Source: an uncultured delta proteobacterium (lineage in GTDB: Bacteria; Desulfobacterota; Syntrophobacteria; Syntrophobacterales; Syntrophobacteraceae). From it: a DNA stretch of 64,000 bases. Position 1 is the stretch's first letter; each line of letters opens with the position of its first letter. Both the position numbers and the translations under genes were made by a program. This document shows, piece after piece, positions 17,667 to 27,508 of the stretch. The notes below the pieces were generated by a model. The model saw nothing but the letters and a program-made list of their open reading frames with translations. It was not told the origin of the DNA and made no database searches. The stretch covers positions 24,825 to 88,824 of the forward strand of contig CAWEHK010000038.1 in the NCBI GenBank assembly GCA_963808625.1. Reading direction: 5' to 3'.

Positions 17667-18881
17667 ATGGCTGAATCCGAGAAACAAATCGAGAAGGCGC
17701 TGCAGGAGCAACTGCATTTCCTGCAAACCCTTATTGACACAATACCTAATCCCATTTTCTACAAAGATACCAAAGGGCAGTTCCTCGGCTGTAACAAGGC
17801 ATTTGAATTGCGCATGGGTCTTTCAAAGGGGCAGATTATCGGCAAGACCAGCCATGACCTCTTTCCCGAAGACCTGGCCGAGGACTATCAACAGATGGAT
17901 ACCGCGCTTCTGGAGAACCCCGGTGAGCAGGTCCATGAAACTACTCTTCACTATGCGGACGGTGATATTCGCGATGTGCTCATCAATAAGGGGACTTTCG
18001 CCAATGCCGATGGTGTCGTCGCAGGACTGGTTGGTGTAACGGTCGACATCACAGAACGCAAGAAAGCCGAGATGGCCCTCCAGAAGGCTTATGACGAGCT
18101 TGAACGGCGCGTCGAGCAGCGCACGGTGGAATTGGCCAGGTCCAACAAAGAACTCAAGGTGGAAATTGTTGAACGATTACAGGCTGAGGAAGCACTGCGG
18201 CAGAGCGCCGAGGACCTAAAACGGTTTGCCTATTCAGTGATTCACGATCTCAAGAGTCCTGCCATTGGTGTGCACGGGTTTGCAAACCTCCTCTACAGGC
18301 ATTATCAGGATTCACTTGACAACAAGGGGAAGGGCTATTGCACTCAGATCCTTAAGGCGGCAAAGCATCTCACCGCCCTTGTCGAGGCCATCAACGTCTA
18401 CATCGCCACCAAGGAAGCACCTTTGAAGATCGAGATAGTAGACATGAGTGCCATTTGCCGCGAAGTGAAGGAGGAGTTTTCTCTGCGGTTGAGCGAGCTC
18501 AAGGTGAATTGGGTTGAGGCCGGGGCAATGCCTGAAATTCGGGCCGATCGGTTATCAATGATCCGCATTTTTAGAAACCTTGTGGACAATGCACTAAAAT
18601 ATGGAGGCAAGTCCCTGTCGCAGGTCAGAATCGGTCATGAAGGTACTGAGAAGTTCCACGTTTTTTCAGTCAGCGACGACGGCGTTGGGATAAGTTGGGA
18701 AAACGCCGAAAAACTCTTTAAGTTCTTTGAACGTGGCAAATCATCCACAGGGGTCCAGGGGGCCGGACTGGGTCTTGCCATCGTCAAAGAAACCGCCGAA
18801 CGCCATCGGGGTAAGGTAACGGTAGAACCAGCACCACAAGGCGGAACGAACTTCCGAGTCACTATCGCCAAGGATTTGTGA
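17667..18881 (+). CDS. Cytoplasmic PAS-domain sensor histidine kinase
   Basis: PAS domain (IPNPIFYKD...GCNKAF), H-box FAYSVIHDLKSP, N-box NLVDNALKY, DDGVG, GAGLGLAIV. Confidence 0.92.
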   Translation: MAESEKQIEKALQEQLHFLQTLIDTIPNPIFYKDTKGQFLGCNKAFELRMGLSKGQIIGKTSHDLFPEDLAEDYQQMDTALLENPGEQVHETTLHYADGDIRDVLINKGTFANADGVVAGLVGVTVDITERKKAEMALQKAYDELERRVEQRTVELARSNKELKVEIVERLQAEEALRQSAEDLKRFAYSVIHDLKSPAIGVHGFANLLYRHYQDSLDNKGKGYCTQILKAAKHLTALVEAINVYIATKEAPLKIEIVDMSAICREVKEEFSLRLSELKVNWVEAGAMPEIRADRLSMIRIFRNLVDNALKYGGKSLSQVRIGHEGTEKFHVFSVSDDGVGISWENAEKLFKFFERGKSSTGVQGAGLGLAIVKETAERHRGKVTVEPAPQGGTNFRVTIAKDL

Positions 18882-18987
18882 CCTCAGTCCATGACGCTGA
18901 TGAAGTGCTCGACAGGTGCGATGTGGTTGCCGAAACGGTCAGCAGGGTTTTGGGCAGGTTATCACCAATGTGTCAGTGGATCGCGCT

Positions 18988-19077
18988 GCATAACATTCAG
19001 GGTAACTGACGGCAGGCCGAAGCACTGCCGTCCATCGCTGGGCGGTACCCGCCGTCCAGTTGGCCCTGAGCTTCAAG
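18988..19077 (+). other. Degenerate attC-like site
   Basis: GCATAAC core, then cagggtaactg-acggcagg pairing with cccgccgt-ccagttggccctg. The right GTT core is decayed (gagcttc). Confidence 0.45.
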
Positions 19078-19192
19078 CCTTCCATTTTCTGCCGACGTTT
19101 CTATGAAGCCTCAAATCAGCGCACTCTGCTTCTTGTTCGTGTTCCTCTGCGCCCGATCCTCCTCTGTCATGTATTCGTGTGGAGCATCTTCG

Positions 19193-19216
19193 TGTCAAGA
19201 GTGTAGGTGTGGCCCC
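19193..19216. repeat. 24-bp repeat TGTCAARARTGTAGGTGTGRCCCC; other copies at 20453-20476 (inverted) and 20541-20564
   Basis: 22 of 24 bases identical between 19193-19216 and the reverse complement of 20453-20476. Confidence 0.8.
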
Positions 19217-19240
19217 GTTTGCTCCTCTTATCTCGGCGTG

Positions 19241-19333
19241 AGGCAACGACAGCATCAATCGCGCACGCCCAGGGAGCTCTGACCGGAACACGCGACGCAT
19301 TCCCCGTGCGTCGCCTGGATGCATTGGTCAGCC
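19241..19333 (-). other. attC-like site downstream of hicB
   Basis: Minus strand reads GGCTGAC-caatgcatccaggcgacgcacg...cgtgcgcgattgatgctgtc-GTTGCCT. Typical attC spacing and pairing, with one change in the AAC core. Confidence 0.65.
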
Positions 19334-19335
19334 AC

Positions 19336-19554
19336 TCATGCGACCTGATAAATGACGGGTCGATAGCGAGGTCCTGGGATTGGCTTTCTGTGCTCGCGTG
19401 CCGCCTCAAGCCATGCCTTTTTTGCGATCAGTACTTCCCGCAGTGCTTCTTCAGGGGTTGAGCCAAAAGCTGAACAATGTTTCAAATCTGGTATATCTGC
19501 AATATACCCCTCATCCTCTTCACTATAGAATACGTTAATGTGATAATCACTCAT
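19336..19554 (-). CDS. hicB: HicB-family antitoxin
   Basis: YHINVFYSEEDEGYIADIPDLKHCSAFGSTPEEAL. Confidence 0.9.
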   Translation of the reverse strand: MSDYHINVFYSEEDEGYIADIPDLKHCSAFGSTPEEALREVLIAKKAWLEAAREHRKPIPGPRYRPVIYQVA

Positions 19555-19804
19555 TCCTCATCCTCCAGTTGGAGATTGTATCGTTCAATGATCTGCAGCA
19601 GTTGCTTAACCTGATATGGTTTGGCTTTCCCTTCAACATCTTGGAGGTTCACCAGTTCTGACACTTCCGGGTGTACGTAGATATGATGGTCGCCGGTGAT
19701 GCGTGATAATTGAACCCAAATGCCTTGGCACAGGCCGATGCCTCAGAGAACCGGATGTTTTTCGAGCCGGAAAGCAATTTTTGCAGCAATTTGCGTTTCT
19801 TCAT
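19551..19804 (-). CDS. hicA: HicA-family toxin (1-bp frameshift)
   Basis: MKKRKLLQKLLSGSKNIRFSE...AFGF then, after a frame change, SRITGDHHIYVHPEVSELVNLQDVEGKAKPYQVKQLL. Stop overlaps the hicB start. Confidence 0.85.
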
Positions 19805-19844
19805 CGGTGACCCTCCGAGATTGGTTTTCAGCATCCGACCCCGT

Positions 19845-19908
19845 CCGAAACAACGCCACCGGATGATCTCGGCATGGTTGCGTGTCCGCGTGCGTGCCCT
19901 CGTTATGC
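19845..19908 (-). other. attC-like site overlapping the stop of the second hicB
   Basis: Minus strand GCATAAC-gagggcacgcacgcggacacgcaa is a strong left half; the right half ccggtggcgttgtttcgg is decayed. Confidence 0.55.
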
Positions 19909-20142
19909 GACATTCCGGAGCTTGTTGGCGAAGTCTCGGCCTGAAGTTGACGGAGGAAGCGTCTTCCCATCCTCCCTGTAAAGCGCAATTGCCTCGCCCA
20001 CGATTCGACACAGTTCTGCGAAAACTTGCATTTCGTCGTTTCCATGGCATCCCCCATAAAGCAATCCTGGTGAGCTGCCCACATAGCACTGATTCTCCTC
20101 TGACCACTCGACGATCTTCACGTATCTGGCACGGTCTTTCAT
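19903..20142 (-). CDS. hicB: HicB-like antitoxin
   Basis: YVKIVEWSEENQCYVGSSPGLLYGGCHG. Confidence 0.8.
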   Translation of the reverse strand: MKDRARYVKIVEWSEENQCYVGSSPGLLYGGCHGNDEMQVFAELCRIVGEAIALYREDGKTLPPSTSGRDFANKLRNVA

Positions 20143-20336
20143 TTTGTGGATTCCCCTATCGCAAGCTTAACAGCTCGAACTTGGCAGTATTTTGCATCTT
20201 CACCCGGCCGCCTGGAAATGGCAACTGGCCCTCTCACCTTTGGGTGGACAAAGTTCCGATGGCGGCCCTTGCCTCCTCGGTCCACAACGCCTGCCCGTTC
20301 AAGCTCGGCAATGAGTTCTCTCACTTTGGGTGGCAT
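20139..20336 (-). CDS. hicA: HicA-family toxin
   Basis: MPPKVRELIAELERAG..DRGGKGRHRNFVHP (G(S)H-type motif); stop overlaps the partner start. Confidence 0.85.
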   Translation of the reverse strand: MPPKVRELIAELERAGVVDRGGKGRHRNFVHPKVRGPVAISRRPGEDAKYCQVRAVKLAIGESTK

Positions 20337-20819
20337 TCGCTGGTCCTTTGTCTCTCCACCACATGATAGATGGGCTGCATCTCTCTTGGTGAGGTGGTTT
20401 CATTCCGGTTCTATAAGTTTGGGAGATTTATTGTATCCAATCGCGTGATGACGGGGTCACACCTACACTTTTGACATAGCGCCAGGAATTGAACTCGGGT
20501 CCCCGTGATTACTGTGTTTTGCCGCTCGTACTGCGTGCTGTGTCAAGAATGTAGGTGTGACCCCTGCCCCCACTATGACGTAGAGATTGGCAGCGGAGGT
20601 TGACCCGTGCATCAAGGCGAGGCGCGGGGAGCATGTTGAGCATTCCGGCCATAGATGATTATTGGGCGGGCGCGGCTTTCATTAGCCGTGCCCGCCCATC
20701 CCTCATGGGATACCTGGGGAGCAGGAACGCTGAACGGTTACGATGGACCTAACCCTACCCCGGAGAAGGGGATGGCTCAGCGGAGCATTGCTCAAGACAT
20801 CATAAGCTGACCCGGTGCA

Positions 20820-22184
20820 TTACTCACCCTGATAGGGCAGACGCGTAATCTTGGGTGGCACATAGGTTCCTTTTAGCGCGGCGCCCTCGGGACCGTAGAT
20901 GCGAAGCATGACATTGAACGGTCCATCCGGCACGGGAAGCCAGTTCGCTCTGGGTGCTTTCTTCGGCGCATTTGCTCGAAGGTATACCGTTAAACCTCCA
21001 TCAGCATCCTTGACAAGTCCCGGTGTATAGGCAGCCACAACATATTTAAATGCTGAATTCTCCACTAACTCAATGTCTTCAGGAGTATAGGCAGTTATTG
21101 ACCAGAATCGCGTGGCTTTAGGAATTTGATCTTTAGTAAAGTGAATTCTGTAGCTATAGGCGCCACCATCGAGCGGAACACTTTGCCCATCCATGAACGC
21201 ATGGGCGTAATAGGCCGTCTTTCGCTCGTTACCGTACTGAATGTACTCGGTAAGCGCTGCGCGATCAAGGTAGCTCTTGCCCCAATGGCCAACATTGCTA
21301 AAGTGAATCCAGTTATTTTTATCTCGATGGGACAGCCAGCGATCGATCAGGGCCGCATGGGCCGCTCTCGCGCCTTCGGTAATATGAACAAGAGCCCGCC
21401 CGTTCCCTTCCGCGGTTTTCTTGGCAGCATCAAACCGCTGATTAAACTCCGCAATAAGTTTTTTATCCGACGTGGTCAGGGGTTCCGTCGTTGGTGCTGC
21501 CATCGCCGTCTGGAGAGTTTCCAGAAAGCTTTCCGTCGCAAACTCGATGGCCTCATCGGCCATTCGTTTCATGGGTTGACTGAAGAAGTACAAAGGCACA
21601 ACAGAAGCCTTTCCTCCCGTAGGATCACTTTGCCAGTCGGCAAGACTCTGCAGTTGCAGATTAGCCCTGAAGTCTTCCGCTGCCTGAATCTGGTCGTCGC
21701 CTTGCGGTGAATATTTGTCGGCTCTAATAAAGATGATTGATGAGTTATAAGGAAACTGAATCTTGGTCGCCTCAGCAGGAAGCTCACCGCTGTAGCCAGG
21801 TCCGACCAACGCGTAGACGCCGCCTGACGAAGAAGGAGCCAGGTCGGTATGGAAGATATCTCCAAAAACATCCAGTTGAGCTATCGAGTAAATATTTGGA
21901 TAAGCAGGGACCGTAAGAATGAGTGGCCCTTTCGAAAGGTCTAATCCGCCGCCGCAGTAAATCGTATCGTCATTGACCGCCACAATCCGCTTGAATTCCG
22001 GACCCATTCCAAGTGGCCCAGCAAGCCTGTTGCCTCCTTTGGGGAACTGCATATAACTAAGCCAGCGAGGATAAAACCGAACAGCATAGTCATACGCAAC
22101 GTCGTAATCACTTCTTGCTGCGAGCAGAACATCCGGCGCACCCAGCAAAAGTAGAATGATTGAAAATACTGCGATACGTTTCAT
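20820..22184 (-). CDS. Periplasmic DUF1254/DUF1214 domain protein
   Basis: Signal peptide; NDDTIY...LDLSKGPLILTVP; FWSITAY; DADGGLTVYL; NWLPVPDGPFNVMLRIYGP. Confidence 0.88.
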   Translation of the reverse strand: MKRIAVFSIILLLLGAPDVLLAARSDYDVAYDYAVRFYPRWLSYMQFPKGGNRLAGPLGMGPEFKRIVAVNDDTIYCGGGLDLSKGPLILTVPAYPNIYSIAQLDVFGDIFHTDLAPSSSGGVYALVGPGYSGELPAEATKIQFPYNSSIIFIRADKYSPQGDDQIQAAEDFRANLQLQSLADWQSDPTGGKASVVPLYFFSQPMKRMADEAIEFATESFLETLQTAMAAPTTEPLTTSDKKLIAEFNQRFDAAKKTAEGNGRALVHITEGARAAHAALIDRWLSHRDKNNWIHFSNVGHWGKSYLDRAALTEYIQYGNERKTAYYAHAFMDGQSVPLDGGAYSYRIHFTKDQIPKATRFWSITAYTPEDIELVENSAFKYVVAAYTPGLVKDADGGLTVYLRANAPKKAPRANWLPVPDGPFNVMLRIYGPEGAALKGTYVPPKITRLPYQGE

Positions 22185-22640
22185 TGTCCTTTCTCCTTTG
22201 TGAATGTGTTGAGTTTACCCCATGCCCAATACCGATCTATATATCAGCAACGGCCAATCCCACCAGCCATATAACTGATTTCGGCTGCTAATACCCGATT
22301 GGTGCTCTGATGCACAAAGGACCCGGCTGCCCCACAAATTAAGGCTCCATTGTTCGGAATTGGTTGCAGTTCCAAGAAGGCGCGATAGCGTTCGAAAGCA
22401 ATTCCTCCCATCATTGAAGCTCAGCGAGCAATCACATCATTGCTAATGATCGATTTCAATAATTGATTAATCTTTCTACCGGCTTTCGTCTACCCGTCCC
22501 TAGTGAGTTGGCATAGAATCGAATACGAAATGCCCCGATGTCAAGACCAAGAGACCATGGCAAAGGAGCCAAACTTCAACCTTAATGCCCTTGACACGAT
22601 CGACCACACGTGCTAGCTCAAAAACCATAAAAAGACGATT

Positions 22641-22733
22641 TCCTAATGATCTTAGCTTAAGAAGAGCACAAAGGGCACGAAGACAACGAGAACCTTTTCT
22701 CGGGGCCTGTGTGGTTCAAAGCCTTGGTTGGCA
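22641..22733 (-). other. Possible degenerate attC site downstream of higA
   Basis: Minus strand TGCCAAC-caaggctttgaac...cgagaa/ttctcg hairpin...cttaagctaagatc-ATTAGGA. Confidence 0.35.
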
Positions 22734-22802
22734 GACACGATCTGCACCCGCAGGTTGATCGCCGAAGAGCTGTGCCAGAAGGACAACCTTGTCAGAATGA
22801 GG

Positions 22803-23179
22803 TTATGCCGCGTCCTTGAGCGTTCTGTAAGGCTGGATCAGTACTTCTGCAGAAATACCCAAACCATCGTGAAGGTTTCTGATCATCTCCATAGTGAGTG
22901 GGCGTTTTCGATTCAAGACTTCGGAAACACGCGCGCGACTCCCAATAAAGGGCTCTAAGTCTCGGCGAGAGAGACCCCTGCTTTCCATATGATAGAGAAT
23001 GGCTTCAATGGGATCAGGCAGGGGAATAGCGTAATGCTTTTCCTCATAGGCTTCCGTGAGGGTTGTCAGAACCTCAGACGATCCGCTTCCGTGGTACCGG
23101 GTTTCGCATCAAAGAGCCGCTCAATTTCTTTGAGTGCGGCCTCGTAATCGGCTTCCGTCCTTATTGGTTTGATCTTCAT
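22803..23179 (-). CDS. higA: HigA-family HTH antitoxin (1-bp frameshift)
   Basis: MKIKPIRTEADYEAALKEIERLFDAKPGT...EAYEEKHYAIPLPDPIEAILYHMESRGL...SRARVSEVLNRKRPLT. Confidence 0.9.
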
Positions 23180-23191
23180 GTCAGTGCCCTC

Positions 23192-23484
23192 CTAAACTTT
23201 CGCCGCATCTATTCTGTCGTACTCTTGGTGCGTGCCGACAAACCTGATGAACACAATGCCGTGCTCATAGCGTATTGCGACGACTAATCTATAGCTGTTG
23301 CCCTTAAGATTAAAAACCACCCTGTCATTTCCTACAAAACTGGCATTTCGAAAGACTGTCTTAATATCCGCTGGGTTTTTCCATTCGGCATGCTTGGCGT
23401 CATCATACCATGCCTGGAGCGGCTGTCGGACATCAGGATGCCGCTCCCAAAACTCTTTGAGTTTCTTTCGGATATGATTCTCAT
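23192..23484 (-). CDS. higB: HigB-family toxin (1-bp frameshift)
   Basis: MRIIS...EFWERHPDVRQPLQAWY...ASFVGNDRVVFNLKGNSYRLVVAIRY..GIVFIRFVGTHQEYDRIDA. Confidence 0.9.
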
Positions 23485-23559
23485 CAAAATAGTATATCCT
23501 GATCCCAAAAGCGGGAGCAAGCAGAAATCTCCACAGTTGCGTAGAAACTATCTCAAAGC

Positions 23560-23745
23560 GGATACAGAGTAGACATTCTCGTGGAGGAGATCCTTATCCT
23601 TGAGCCAAAATACGTGGCACAGATCAAAGATATTCATGAGGCACAGTTGCTCACATACATGAAACTGGCCGGGACAGGAACTGGTTTGCTCATCAACTTC
23701 AACGTCAGAAGGTTAAGAGATGGGATCAGACGTTTTGTTCTCTAG
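23560..23745 (+). pseudogene. C-terminal half of a GxxExxY-family protein
   Basis: Hand translation GYRVDILVEEILILEPKYVAQIKDIHEAQLLTYMKLAGTGTGLLINFNVRRLRDGIRRFVL*; no start codon. Preceded by the IS-like end gaaactatctcaaa and followed by 9-mer repeats. Confidence 0.85.
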
Positions 23746-23809
23746 ATTCTTCGTGTCCTTCGTACTTTTCGTGTTCTTCGTGGTGGAAAACCTTAAGTTG
23801 ACGGCTATG
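23746..23809. repeat. 9-mer array (TTCGTGTCC/TTCGTGTTC) followed by an IS231/IS4-like terminal repeat
   Basis: ttcttcgtgtccttcgtacttttcgtgttcttcgtggt. The reverse complement of 23792-23809, catagccgtcaacttaag, resembles the IS231 end as recalled (CATGCCCATCAACTTAAG). Confidence 0.6.
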
Positions 23810-23954
23810 GGCTGACAAGAGTTTTGCTTCGCCTCGAAGCAAAGTATGTCAAGATGACAAGCAAACCCTGAGACGACTGATGCCGCGTTACCTGGGTGCC
23901 TCCATCAATGATGAGAGTGGTTTTTGTGAAGACGACTGATATAAGGAGAGAGCG

Positions 23955-24412
23955 ATGCCTGTAAACGCAAAATTCGTTCATACGAACATCGTGGCTGAAG
24001 ATTGGAAAAGGCTCGTCCGCTTCTACGAGGAAGTATTCGGATGCACTCCCGTTCCTCCGGAACGAGATCTTTCCGGGAAATGGCTTGAAGAGGCCACCGG
24101 GGTTCCGACGCTCATATCCGGGGCATGCACCTCAGGCTGCCGGGCCACGGTCCCGAGGGTCCAACCCTCGAGATTTTCCAGTACAACCGGGAGGAGGAAA
24201 GGCCTGGAACGGCCATCAATAGGCCGGGCCTTGCCCACCTTGCCTTTGCTGTGGACAACGTCGAATCAGCGCTGCAGGCTGTAAAGACGGCGGGAGGCGG
24301 GGCCATTGGGCCGATCGTGTCCTTGCCGATCCCGGGCGCCGGTACCGTTACAATCGTTTATGCAACAGATCCGGAAGGGAACATTATAGAACTGCAGAGG
24401 TGGTCGAAATAG
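23955..24412 (+). CDS. VOC/glyoxalase family protein (frameshift near 24110)
   Basis: FVHTNIVAEDWKRL...HLRLPG...TLEIFQY...HLAFAVD...YATDPEGNIIELQ. Confidence 0.9.
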
Positions 24413-24470
24413 CCCATGCGGGGTAGCTGAATTCTTGGTGCTTGCGTAGAGAAGAGTCCACGCAAAAGCA

Positions 24471-24500
24471 AAAGGGTCCGCCCCGGAAGGGAACGGACCC
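24471..24500 (-). terminator. Hairpin terminator between convergent genes
   Basis: gggtccg...cggaccc stem, followed on the minus strand by TTTTGCTTTT. Confidence 0.6.
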
Positions 24501-24524
24501 CATAGGCTGCACAAACCGATTTGC

Positions 24525-25448
24525 TTAATCCTCCTTCGGCGTCATGAAATCGGGGCGGAGAAACTCGGGATCCGGGATAAGTGTAGAAGCCCTTGCCGCT
24601 CTTCACGCCCAGTTCGCCCCGTTTCACCATCTCCAGAAGGGCCTCGGGCGGCTTGTCATGGGGAAGCTTGGACTCATTGTAGTAGACCATCTCGATGTCG
24701 TAGATGACATCAAGGCCCACCTTATCCATGAGCGCGAAGGGGCCTTCCTTCATGCCGGTAAAGACGCGCCAGGCCCGGTCGCTGTCCCGGAAATCGACGA
24801 AGCCGTTGCCCCACATGTAAAGGACCTCGCGCTTGATGGCTCGCCAGACGCGGTTGAAGCAGAAACCCAGGATCTCCTTATTCACCTTGAGCGGGATGCA
24901 GTTGACCGAGATGATCCATTGCACGCCGGTCTTGAAGACCTCGGGCAGCGTCTTCGAGCCGCCCATGATGTCCACCATGTTCACGCCCTGGAGCGGGAAG
25001 TAGAAGTGGATATTGAGGCAGCGCTCGGGGCGCCCGCTCGAGGCCTCCATCTTGGAGACCGGGATGGAGGAGCTGTTGGTGGCGATGATGCAGTCCTTCG
25101 GCGATTTCTCGCCCAGTTCCTTGAAGATCTTGTTCTTGAGCTCGACGTTCTCGAACACTGCCTCGATGATGAGCTGGGCGTCCGTCACGGCCTCGTCGAT
25201 CGAGGCCACCTGTTTGACCGCCTTCTTGGCGGGCTCCCATTTTTCCCAGGGGATGAGCGGGGTGAACAACCCCTTTGGCCTTGAGGTCGTTCCAAATCTT
25301 CTGTATAGGTCTTCTCGAAAGCGCCGGCAACGGGATCGTATATCTTTGTCGTGTAACCCGGCATTGGCCGCCAGCATGGCTATCTGGGCTCCCAGGATAC
25401 CGGCGCCGATGACGGCGACGCTGATCCAGTGGTCTTGCCTGTCGCCAT
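24525..25448 (-). CDS. 3-hydroxyacyl-CoA dehydrogenase family protein (frameshifted)
   Basis: VAVIGAGILGAQIA, IIEAVFENVELK, ATNSSS, HFY, GFCFNRVW, GPFALMDKVGLD, LGVKSGKGFY. Confidence 0.9.
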
Positions 25449-25544
25449 TTTAATCTGGGGACATGACAGCCCCTGTCGACGTATTCATGTCAATATTGTA
25501 GTCAGGGAGTGGGGGTATATCCCTCTCCTTGACCAGGTAAAATC

Positions 25545-27037
25545 AGTTTATAGTTTGAAGACCGGCTTCCATCTGCTTAGGCAGGTTCTCGCCGGCAGCA
25601 CCGTCGGTAAAAAAGGAGACCACGGTCGTGATGATAACCGCCCCGCCAATCGTGAAGAGATAATAGGGGAATGGGAAGCGGCAGATCTTGAAGTTCTCGA
25701 TGATCGGCAAAGCGATATTGGCTATAACTGCAAAGGCCAGCGCGAGGATAATTGCCTCACGTGGAGCAGCGCCGCCAGAGGAGCCCCATGGTGAAGGTGG
25801 GTATCGTCACGGAGGCGAAGAAGCCCCAACCGAGGGTCCCGAGAATGGCCACGGCTCGGCCCCCCCAGTACCCGAACCCGATGCAGAGGACCATCACGAC
25901 GATCTGAAGGTAACGGCCGATAGACTATCTGATTGATCATGGGCGTATCTCGTGGCCTAAGGCCCCCGCAAGGTCGCGGGTGAGTGCGCCCGAGGCAAGC
26001 GAGATGAAGAAGCTCGCCGTCGAAACGATGGCCGCGAGCAGCGCCGCCATGATCAGGGCCTGCAGGACACCGTCCGTTTTGCTCACAAAGAGGAAAGCCG
26101 CCTTGTCCAGGTCCTTGATCGCCGGGACCTGGTCCGTTGCCACGATATAAACGGCCCCGTAGCCGACGAGGATCCAGACCAGTGAGGTCAACCCATAGGT
26201 CGTCCCGCCGAGGATCCCGGCGAGTCTTGAGGTCCTTGTGGGTCTTCACCGAGTACATCTTGGCCAGCATGGTTGGTTGGCCCATGACGCCGATGAAGAA
26301 GACAATGGCGAAAGTGATGACCAGCTGGAAAGGCATCGCTCCGGCGCCGTCGACAAACTTCGGCCCGAAGTAGGGATTGTTCATGATGACCGAAAAATCA
26401 CCGCCAGTCACCGAAAAAAAGGCAACCATGACGCCTATCACGCCGATGAGCATGACGAGTCCCTGGAAGGCGTCGGTCAGGATCGAGCCGGACATGCCGG
26501 AGACCAGCATGTAGGCCAGCGTACTGCCGAACATGATGGCCACGCCCCACTCCTCGGAAACACCCAGCATCTGGTTCATGAGCTTGGCGCCGCCCTTCAC
26601 CTGTGAGGACAAATAGGCGATGGCGGCCAGACAGAGCCCCACGGCCAGGATGCCCCGGACGGCCTGGCTCTGGAAGCGGACGCGGGCGATATCGGGAAGG
26701 GTTGCCACATCGGTGACATCGGCCATGGCGCGCATGCGTTTGCCGATGACCCAGTAGCCGTAGGCAAATCCGGGACCGCAGGCGATGGTCATCCAGATCG
26801 AGGTGAACCCGAATTTATAACCAGACCCGGACCGCCGATAAAGCCGAAGGCGCTCATGACGGCCGCCATGGAAGCCAGGCCGATAACGACGCCGCCAAAG
26901 GTTTTGGTGCCGCCGAAGAACCCTTCGGCCGTCTTGGCGTACCGGTTAGCGTACCACCCGATGCCGATGGAGACGAGCATGAAGGCAACCGTATACCCGA
27001 TGATCAATGGCGATGGCTGTATTAATTGTTCGTCCAT
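25545..27037 (-). CDS. Sodium:solute symporter (SSS family), several frameshifts
   Basis: FFGGTKTFG, SAFGFIGGPG, TDAFQG, AALLAAIVST and many TM helices. The 3' end is approximate. Confidence 0.85.
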
Positions 27038-27049
27038 GGTTTCCCTCCT

Positions 27050-27508
27050 TTAGTGCAGCTTTTCCTGACCGGCGATTTCCTTCTGGAACGCTTCCCACTC
27101 TTCGTCGGGGACGGCTTTCGAGCCGAAGAGTTGCAAGTAGGCAAGCGTCGCGGTTACGAAGTTTCCGATCCAGAAGAACACCATGGCGCCGAAGAAGCCG
27201 GGGTGCATCCCCAGGATGAAGTCCATCTTCTGGCCCTTGGTCTTATAGACAATGGTAAAAGCGATGGCCTGGAAGATACCGTTTATCACCACAGGCCAGA
27301 TGAGCGTTGCGGTACTCATCTTCTCATTGACGACTGCACCCATGAGGTAATAGACGACGGTAAGGACAGCACCTGCCAAAAGCCCGAAATAAATGAGTTG
27401 GTCGTCCTTGGCAGGACCGCCGACCCAACTGGCGTAGATGACGAAACCCCAGCACAGGGCCGCGATCACCATCAGGATGTCTCGCATTTTGTCAGTAATG
27501 GCAATCAT
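27050..27508 (-). CDS. Hypothetical 4-TM membrane protein cotranscribed with the symporter
   Basis: Strong RBS (aggagggagg), four hydrophobic segments, ends 12 bp before the symporter start. Confidence 0.75.
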   Translation of the reverse strand: MIAITDKMRDILMVIAALCWGFVIYASWVGGPAKDDQLIYFGLLAGAVLTVVYYLMGAVVNEKMSTATLIWPVVINGIFQAIAFTIVYKTKGQKMDFILGMHPGFFGAMVFFWIGNFVTATLAYLQLFGSKAVPDEEWEAFQKEIAGQEKLH

